A DNA stretch of 63,606 bases, counting the filler, from Candidatus Sysuiplasma jiujiangense (GTDB lineage: Archaea; Thermoplasmatota; Thermoplasmata; Sysuiplasmatales; Sysuiplasmataceae): NCBI GenBank assembly GCA_019721075.1. It is 4 parts of 4 records of this genome, joined end to end, with 100 filler letters (N's around TTAATTAATTAA, not from the genome) between each part and the next. Parts side by side here need not be neighbours in the genome. Positions count along the whole stretch, not along the records: positions 52,681 to 63,606 come from JAHEAD010000030.1; 3 more parts are not named here. One strand, written 5' to 3'. Position numbers and translations under genes: made by a program. The notes under the pieces were generated by a model. That model ran no database searches. It saw only the letters and a program-made list of their open reading frames with translations, and had not been told where the DNA came from. Below are positions 58,644 to 63,606 of this stretch, piece after piece. How positions within the stretch are numbered: the first letter of the stretch is position 1; every line of letters starts with the position of its first letter.

Positions 58644-59242
58644 TGTACAATCTCCAGCCTATCAGTTTGTAAATTCAATTTGACAATGTATCTTTCCTCG
58701 CTATCAAATTCATACTGGAAAAATTGATACTTCTCAAGATGTGGAATAATCTTCTCACTGTCAGGGATATACTCTCCCAAATATTGGACATCATTGGGTA
58801 ACGTTGTCTTGGGAATGAAGATATGATGGGAATTATACAGTAACTGTTTATGGATATTGTTTGCACGTCTAAAAAGGAACATACATCCCATGCCCTTGTG
58901 TCTTCCCCTGATTATGAGATCATAAATGGGCATTGGTAGTTTTGATTGACTTATCAATACGTCAGCATCCTCAAAAACAATCATACCGGAATTGTTTGAT
59001 TCGATAAATGCGGATATTTTTCTCTCATATCCGGAAAAATAATCTTCAAGTCCTTTCGTCTTATAGATAACCGCATTTTCAAATTCATTCTTGGAATATT
59101 CACTATTGACATCCATTATGAGTATTGGATATTCTGATTTATCCATTTGCCTCAAAAAGTGTTTAGCGATTTCACTTTTACCTGAACCTCTCTTTCCCAA
59201 TATACAGAAAATGTCAGTAACGTTAATTTCCATCTGAAACAC
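58640..59242 (-). CDS. A32-like (FtsK/HerA) genome packaging ATPase
   Basis: GKRGSGKS, IVFEDAD, IRGRHKG. Confidence 0.85.
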   Translation of the reverse strand: MFQMEINVTDIFCILGKRGSGKSEIAKHFLRQMDKSEYPILIMDVNSEYSKNEFENAVIYKTKGLEDYFSGYERKISAFIESNNSGMIVFEDADVLISQSKLPMPIYDLIIRGRHKGMGCMFLFRRANNIHKQLLYNSHHIFIPKTTLPNDVQYLGEYIPDSEKIIPHLEKYQFFQYEFDSEERYIVKLNLQTDRLEIVQ

Positions 59243-59816
59243 CGCTACCTATTGATTGATAAACCTCTGATGGCTTGGTTTCTTTGCGTCCCTGTTCAAC
59301 CTTTCGTTTCTTCTCCTCTAGATCCAACTTCCTGGATTCATTTTCCAATTCGATTTTTTCGGCTTGGGCTTTTAGAACCCTTGTCAAATGTGGGAATAAC
59401 ATAGAAATTACATATTGGACAACAACAATGATCTTAGGCATCTCATACAATTCTGCAAGTTGCTTTGAAGATGATTCTATAAATTCCTGTTCAGTGTTCT
59501 TTAGTTCCTTGTCCTTGTGTACCTGTAAAGTCAGTTTTTCAATACTCACTGACATCTTGGCAAAAGCTTCCGGATTCAGGGGAATCCGGTCTGTTCCTTT
59601 TTTCTTTGACTTCTTCGCTGGGGGCTTTTTGATATCTTCCTTTACAATCTTCTTATTGTCTTTGTTATCTTCTTGTTCCTGTTCCTTGGGTGATTCTTCA
59701 AGGGACAGATCGGGATCGTCTATCTTATCAGATTCAGGGTTATCTTCATTCTTGACCTGTTCTTCTTTTTTCTTCTTACGATATTCCCTTTGCCATGCTG
59801 CCTTGTCAAAACTCAT
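59223..59816 (-). CDS. Charged hypothetical protein
   Basis: 197-aa ORF coupled to neighbours. Confidence 0.7.
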   Translation of the reverse strand: MSFDKAAWQREYRKKKKEEQVKNEDNPESDKIDDPDLSLEESPKEQEQEDNKDNKKIVKEDIKKPPAKKSKKKGTDRIPLNPEAFAKMSVSIEKLTLQVHKDKELKNTEQEFIESSSKQLAELYEMPKIIVVVQYVISMLFPHLTRVLKAQAEKIELENESRKLDLEEKKRKVEQGRKETKPSEVYQSIGSGVSDGN

Positions 59817-59947
59817 TTCCCGAATCCCCCCATACTCATAGCCATACTCAAAATCTGTTTAACCTTGGGTGCATCCTTTTTGCACACTCCAAATAACTCC
59901 TCACATGGTGATTTCAATTCTTCATTGCATAAAATACAATTACTCAT
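59813..59947 (-). CDS. Small Cys-containing protein
   Basis: MSNCILC...C...GVC; start uncertain. Confidence 0.5.
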   Translation of the reverse strand: MSNCILCNEELKSPCEELFGVCKKDAPKVKQILSMAMSMGGFGK

Positions 59948-59981
59948 AAATGAGTAGTGATTAAAAGTATATAAATTATCT

Positions 59982-60335
59982 TCAATGTTTGTATCTGTTT
60001 TTCCATTCCCTTGTTTCACGGTCATAATCTTCATGGCATTTTTCACATTGTAAAATATAAGATAATGGATGGTTAACAATGTCATAAATCCTTTCCGGTA
60101 ATCCCCTTCCCAATCCTTTTAAATTTGATGGGAAACCATGGCGATGTGAAAACTGTAAGTCAGAATCATGATGACAGTATGACTGGAACTGGAACTGGAA
60201 TCGTAAATCTTCCATCTGCAAAGTAAATCTTCTTTGTCTTGGGAATCCATTAAACATTCTTAAGGAATTTAAATTAAATGAAAATGAGAAATCAGCGATA
60301 ACCTGATCTCCCTTGATGATTATTGGATTCCTCAT
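59982..60335 (-). CDS. Hypothetical protein
   Basis: TAATG coupling; CxxC near the C-terminus. Confidence 0.55.
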   Translation of the reverse strand: MRNPIIIKGDQVIADFSFSFNLNSLRMFNGFPRQRRFTLQMEDLRFQFQFQSYCHHDSDLQFSHRHGFPSNLKGLGRGLPERIYDIVNHPLSYILQCEKCHEDYDRETREWKNRYKH

Positions 60336-60496
60336 TAATAGCCCTCTTTGGCTATCCTTTGTAATGCCGTGTACACATCATGCCAGTATTGTTCACCTTC
60401 CTTGGTACGATCCCATCGGAATCCACCCAATATCATGACAGCCAATTTTTCTGCAATCTCTCGTTCCACTTTATACATTCCTTTTATTTCGTTCAT
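60335..60496 (-). CDS. Small protein (53 aa) with FRWDRTKEGEQYW motif
   Basis: Hand-translated; coupled at both ends. Confidence 0.65.
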   Translation of the reverse strand: MNEIKGMYKVEREIAEKLAVMILGGFRWDRTKEGEQYWHDVYTALQRIAKEGY

Positions 60497-60624
60497 CTTT
60501 TATCACCATTATAATTATGTTTTCCAATGTGCCTCAATCTCTCATGGTAAGGAATGATATCATGACACTTTTGGCACTCATAGGTATCATCACCACACTG
60601 TTTATACCATCCTCTATAGTTCAT
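60493..60624 (-). CDS. C2H2 zinc-finger microprotein
   Basis: YECQKC...RLRHIGKH. Confidence 0.6.
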   Translation of the reverse strand: MNYRGWYKQCGDDTYECQKCHDIIPYHERLRHIGKHNYNGDKR

Positions 60625-60625
60625 G

Positions 60626-60856
60626 TTAATCAATCTCCCACAAACCAATAGCAGCCCCAAATAACAATGTGAATACAATTATATCTGTAAAAGCAAAGAG
60701 GATAAAAACCATGATAAATACAATGATATAGGCAACAAGGTATGAAACAGAACCTGATAGTGCAGATTCAAAGAATCCGTGCAAAAGGATATACTCGCCC
60801 CACATAATGACACCAATAGTAGCCAGTGCCAACACACTCAATATTTTATTAATCAT
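60626..60856 (-). CDS. Small membrane protein
   Basis: 2-3 hydrophobic segments. Confidence 0.65.
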   Translation of the reverse strand: MINKILSVLALATIGVIMWGEYILLHGFFESALSGSVSYLVAYIIVFIMVFILFAFTDIIVFTLLFGAAIGLWEID

Positions 60857-61266
60857 TGAATCATCATCTCCGATATGTCAATCCAAGGGCCAACCTTATA
60901 GACCACACCATTTTTAACTTTCATCTCAAAGATTCTGTTAATTTCTTCTTCACCTTGGATGGCTAATCTTCTTAGGTCAATTCCCATTCTCCAGGGATCA
61001 TCGTGCAGTAATGCACGTACCTTAAACTGATCCAATACTGACATTTCAGACGGTACAATCAATCTCAAGTGCACGTTGCCTGATGATGATTTCCTATACC
61101 ATAAAGGAAGAAGAATGTTCAAATATTCCTTTCCCTGATATTTCAACAAAATATCAATTACATATTTCCAGTTCTCCTTGATGTACTCAAATGTTCTGGA
61201 TTTTTTGAATTGTCTAAAATTCTGATCTATATCAATGTACAGCTCTTTATATTGCATTGTTATCAT
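60853..61266 (-). CDS. Minimal AEP (primase-polymerase)-like protein
   Basis: YIDID (DxD), KSSSGNVH (SxxxxxH), LHDDPWR. Confidence 0.55.
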   Translation of the reverse strand: MITMQYKELYIDIDQNFRQFKKSRTFEYIKENWKYVIDILLKYQGKEYLNILLPLWYRKSSSGNVHLRLIVPSEMSVLDQFKVRALLHDDPWRMGIDLRRLAIQGEEEINRIFEMKVKNGVVYKVGPWIDISEMMIQ

Positions 61267-61873
61267 ACCTCTTTTTCTTTTCTTCTCTTTGTATTCTCCT
61301 CATCTCTTTTCTCCTCTCATATTCCTTTGTCCTATCCCCATGATGTGATACCCCTGGCTTGTTCTTGGGCCCTGCAGGGTGCAATTCACTATTGATCTTA
61401 TCATAGAGATCATTATACGCTTTGCTTTGACTTATCACCTTTCCCTTGTTACCATATAATTCCTCACGAAAATTTATAGTAATTGTTTTGTCGCTATCAC
61501 TATCTGGATCAGGGAACATCATCAAACCCTTTGCATTTAAATAATCATTGATCTGTTCCGCTATTTTCTCTTTATCTCGTGTACTTCTAATGTAAAATTC
61601 ACTGTACACACTCTTAGCGGTATGGCTTCTCGAATCTGTTACCACATTTCCTGATACCACGATCTGCATCTTCTTTGATTTCTTCACTGGGGGCTTTTTT
61701 GGTTTCAACTTACCCAGTGGTTTCCGTTTACCATGATGTCCTCTTAGTTGTGATAATGATGCCCTTGGATAACTCTTATGCTCCCTTTGTATTCTTTCTG
61801 TGTACTCATTCTTGTAATTGTGGGCTGCTTTCCATTCACTGTATGTTCTAAATTTTGGTGAGAATCTAGTCAT
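61247..61873 (-). CDS. Basic protein (terminal-protein or DNA-binding candidate)
   Basis: K/R-rich; SLSQLRGH motif; adjacent to the AEP-like gene. Confidence 0.6.
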   Translation of the reverse strand: MTRFSPKFRTYSEWKAAHNYKNEYTERIQREHKSYPRASLSQLRGHHGKRKPLGKLKPKKPPVKKSKKMQIVVSGNVVTDSRSHTAKSVYSEFYIRSTRDKEKIAEQINDYLNAKGLMMFPDPDSDSDKTITINFREELYGNKGKVISQSKAYNDLYDKINSELHPAGPKNKPGVSHHGDRTKEYERRKEMRRIQREEKKKRYDNNAI

Positions 61874-62087
61874 AGACTCTCACCGCTTTTATATTTGTTA
61901 TCATGATATATTCTGTAGAATACTCATTTTTCAGGGTTAAAACACCCTTTTTTACCTCGGTTACGTGTCCTGTGTAGGGTTTATAAGTTCCTTCAACAAG
62001 TATGGATACCCGATTCCTATTCTCCAATGCGTCCACAAGTATAACATTCCAGGGACTCTCAAACATGCTACCATACTTGTCATTCAA
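61866..62087 (-). CDS. Sm/Hfq-like small beta-barrel protein
   Basis: VSILV...YTGHV...LTL...YIMITNIKAV. Confidence 0.55.
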   Translation of the reverse strand: MNDKYGSMFESPWNVILVDALENRNRVSILVEGTYKPYTGHVTEVKKGVLTLKNEYSTEYIMITNIKAVRVYD

Positions 62088-62331
62088 ATACGGACACCCT
62101 TTTAATGTCGATGATCCTCATGGTAGTACTGTACCTTTCCCCGTCCTCTGTCTCCGAAGACAAGGTGATCGAACCGTGCTGAATCCCTGAAATGTACCCT
62201 GAGACCCCTTTATATGTCCCGGATGCAAAGATATTGACCTTTTTTCCATCCTTAAACGCTTTCTGCAATTGTGACCTGATTGTAAGGGCTGCCTCCTGTT
62301 TTTCCTCTCTCTTATCAATTTTATCTGTCAA
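62080..62331 (-). CDS. Sm/Hfq-like small beta-barrel protein
   Basis: GKKVNIF...VSGYI...ITL...IIDIKRV. Confidence 0.55.
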   Translation of the reverse strand: MTDKIDKREEKQEAALTIRSQLQKAFKDGKKVNIFASGTYKGVSGYISGIQHGSITLSSETEDGERYSTTMRIIDIKRVSVFE

Positions 62332-62515
62332 CTTTGGACACCTCTAATTCTTCCATGGATGCAATCATCCCTGATTGTATCGTAACCTGTCTTCCATTAT
62401 CAAGGTATAACAGTACTGTTCCCTTTGAAAGTTGTTTTACTGTGCCTGTGTACTGTCCACCTGTACGTAAGCGGACATGTACCCTCTTTTCCATCATTCC
62501 TGTATCTATTTTCAT
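62321..62515 (-). CDS. Sm/Hfq-like small beta-barrel protein
   Basis: KRVHVRLRTGGQYTGTV...VLL...VTI...IASM. Confidence 0.6.
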   Translation of the reverse strand: MKIDTGMMEKRVHVRLRTGGQYTGTVKQLSKGTVLLYLDNGRQVTIQSGMIASMEELEVSKVDR

Positions 62516-62538
62516 TCTTTCACCATAAAAAATTGGGA

Positions 62539-62898
62539 TTAGGATTTAATTCCCACGATGAACAGCCCAATATTTTTCCTCTTTCCGGACTTTGTTTCAA
62601 ACAGTCTTTCCTCTCTTTTCACGGTTATAGATTTCCCAAAGAGTTCATCAAAGGTTTTAAATCCTTCATCCTTGAGAAAACCAATATTTGTCCGGTTCAA
62701 AACCATACCAACTTCTTGACCTTCCAAACCTTTCAGAATTAACATGGGTTTGATTCCATCCTCAAAGTTCCTGTCTTCCTCTGATATCACTTTGTACTTT
62801 CTTTCCTCACCAAATTCCCAATCGGATGCCCTCAAAAATTCGACACCTGAATTTAGGTAGTCCTCTATTCCTTTTCTTTTTTCGCTTTCCATTTTCAT
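62539..62898 (-). CDS. Putative OB-fold/SSB-like protein
   Basis: FLRASD...VLNRTN...GKSITV; AGGTGA SD before MKMES. Confidence 0.45.
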   Translation of the reverse strand: MKMESEKRKGIEDYLNSGVEFLRASDWEFGEERKYKVISEEDRNFEDGIKPMLILKGLEGQEVGMVLNRTNIGFLKDEGFKTFDELFGKSITVKREERLFETKSGKRKNIGLFIVGIKS

Positions 62899-62917
62899 TT
62901 CACCTATTCCGGTCTCT

Positions 62918-62976
62918 TGGCCGGCAGACATCCCTTGGGATGTTTCGACCCCAGCCACGGGGTCATCGTCAGTGCC
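62918..62976 (-). ncRNA. Type I hammerhead ribozyme
   Basis: GGCA-CUGACGA-U-GACCCC(GUGGCU)GGGGUC-GAAA-CAUCCC(AA)GGGAUG-UC^UGCC. Confidence 0.85.
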
Positions 62977-63105
62977 TTAATTCACCTGTATACTTACCTG
63001 TTGTTGGAAATGCCCACAAGACCATATCGGTACACAAAATTCCGTGAAGGTCTCACTGTATATGGGTGCACCGCATATTTTACATTCTCCTATTTTTGTC
63101 TGCAT
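62977..63105 (-). CDS. Zn-ribbon microprotein (42 aa)
   Basis: Hand-translated MQTKIGECKICGAPIY...WSCGH; AGGTGGA SD. Confidence 0.6.
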   Translation of the reverse strand: MQTKIGECKICGAPIYSETFTEFCVPIWSCGHFQQQVSIQVN

Positions 63106-63106
63106 T

Positions 63107-63220
63107 TTAATCCACCTGACATCCACATTTTCTACAGTACCATTCCTCATTTTGCATGTTCATGTAAATCCCTTCGGGATCACATGCACACTGACAATCC
63201 TTTAAGCAATGATTACACAT
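63107..63220 (-). CDS. Cys-rich microprotein (37 aa)
   Basis: Hand-translated MCNHCLKDCQCAC...WYCRKCGC; GAGGT SD. Confidence 0.6.
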   Translation of the reverse strand: MCNHCLKDCQCACDPEGIYMNMQNEEWYCRKCGCQVD

Positions 63221-63227
63221 GTTACCT

Positions 63228-63518
63228 CTACTCCCCATGCATAGGAACTATTTCCCTAAAAACTATATCCAAGGTTCTTTCATTCCATCTACAGACAAAA
63301 ATCTTAATGAACCTCAAACCTATTTTTTCCATGCTACTTATCAGCACATTAAACACACTGGCCGGAAGTCCAACTCCCTCTTTGTCATGCTGATATTCAA
63401 TAATGATCCAATCATGTTTTCCCGATGTATAATCAAAATGGTATCCAATATCATCTTGAATATCTACCAACACTTCCTCTATTCTCCTATTCTTCTCTTG
63501 TTCGTTTTCCATTTTCAT
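63228..63518 (-). CDS. Hypothetical protein starting inside the right ITR
   Basis: SD plus ATG within the ITR. Confidence 0.65.
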   Translation of the reverse strand: MKMENEQEKNRRIEEVLVDIQDDIGYHFDYTSGKHDWIIIEYQHDKEGVGLPASVFNVLISSMEKIGLRFIKIFVCRWNERTLDIVFREIVPMHGE

Positions 63519-63606
63519 TTCCTCATCCCCTGTCCCAGGGATAACATGACAATGCATGGTAGCATATAAATCTTTACACACACAATCTCTTTTTTTATTT
63601 TTTTTT
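63508..63606 (-). repeat. Right terminal inverted repeat (99 bp)
   Basis: Exact reverse complement of 52681-52779. Confidence 0.95.

Larger units (their letters stand above)
52681..63606. mobile_element. Probably complete linear archaeal virus genome (about 10.9 kb; double-jelly-roll/A32 lineage)
   Basis: Terminal inverted repeats, A32-like ATPase, MCP-like and spike genes; visibly lower GC than the other contigs. Confidence 0.8.

Overview
The window is four contigs joined by 100-nt N/TTAATTAATTAA spacers, so there is no biological linkage across the gaps. Signals are archaeal (TATA boxes, GGAGGTGA-type SD, Tfx, GINS/PCNA-like genes), probably Thermoplasmata-like. Contig 1 (1-18677) and contig 3 (36754-52580) carry two diverged, collinear copies of an unrecognised virus-like or transfer element. 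Each has a pseudoknot-capable leader, a polytopic membrane protein, three small hydrophobic paralogs, a giant PKD-repeat surface protein, four proteins sharing a basic N-terminal tag (one a PCNA-like clamp), further membrane proteins and a Zot/pI-like ATPase. Contig 1 adds a tagged ArdC-like gene, a GINS-like gene and a candidate origin. Contig 2 (18778-36653) is host metabolism (Mo/W ABC transporter, amine/GABA-type catabolism, peptide ABC transporter) ending in the right end of a TnpB IS abutting dppC. Contig 4 (52681-63606) is an apparently complete ~10.9-kb linear virus genome with perfect 99-bp terminal inverted repeats, a likely double-jelly-roll capsid protein and an A32-like ATPase. 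It has no PolB but encodes a mini AEP-like protein, three Sm/Hfq-like paralogs, several zinc-finger micro-proteins and a hammerhead ribozyme. Family calls come from motif recognition by eye; no searches were run.
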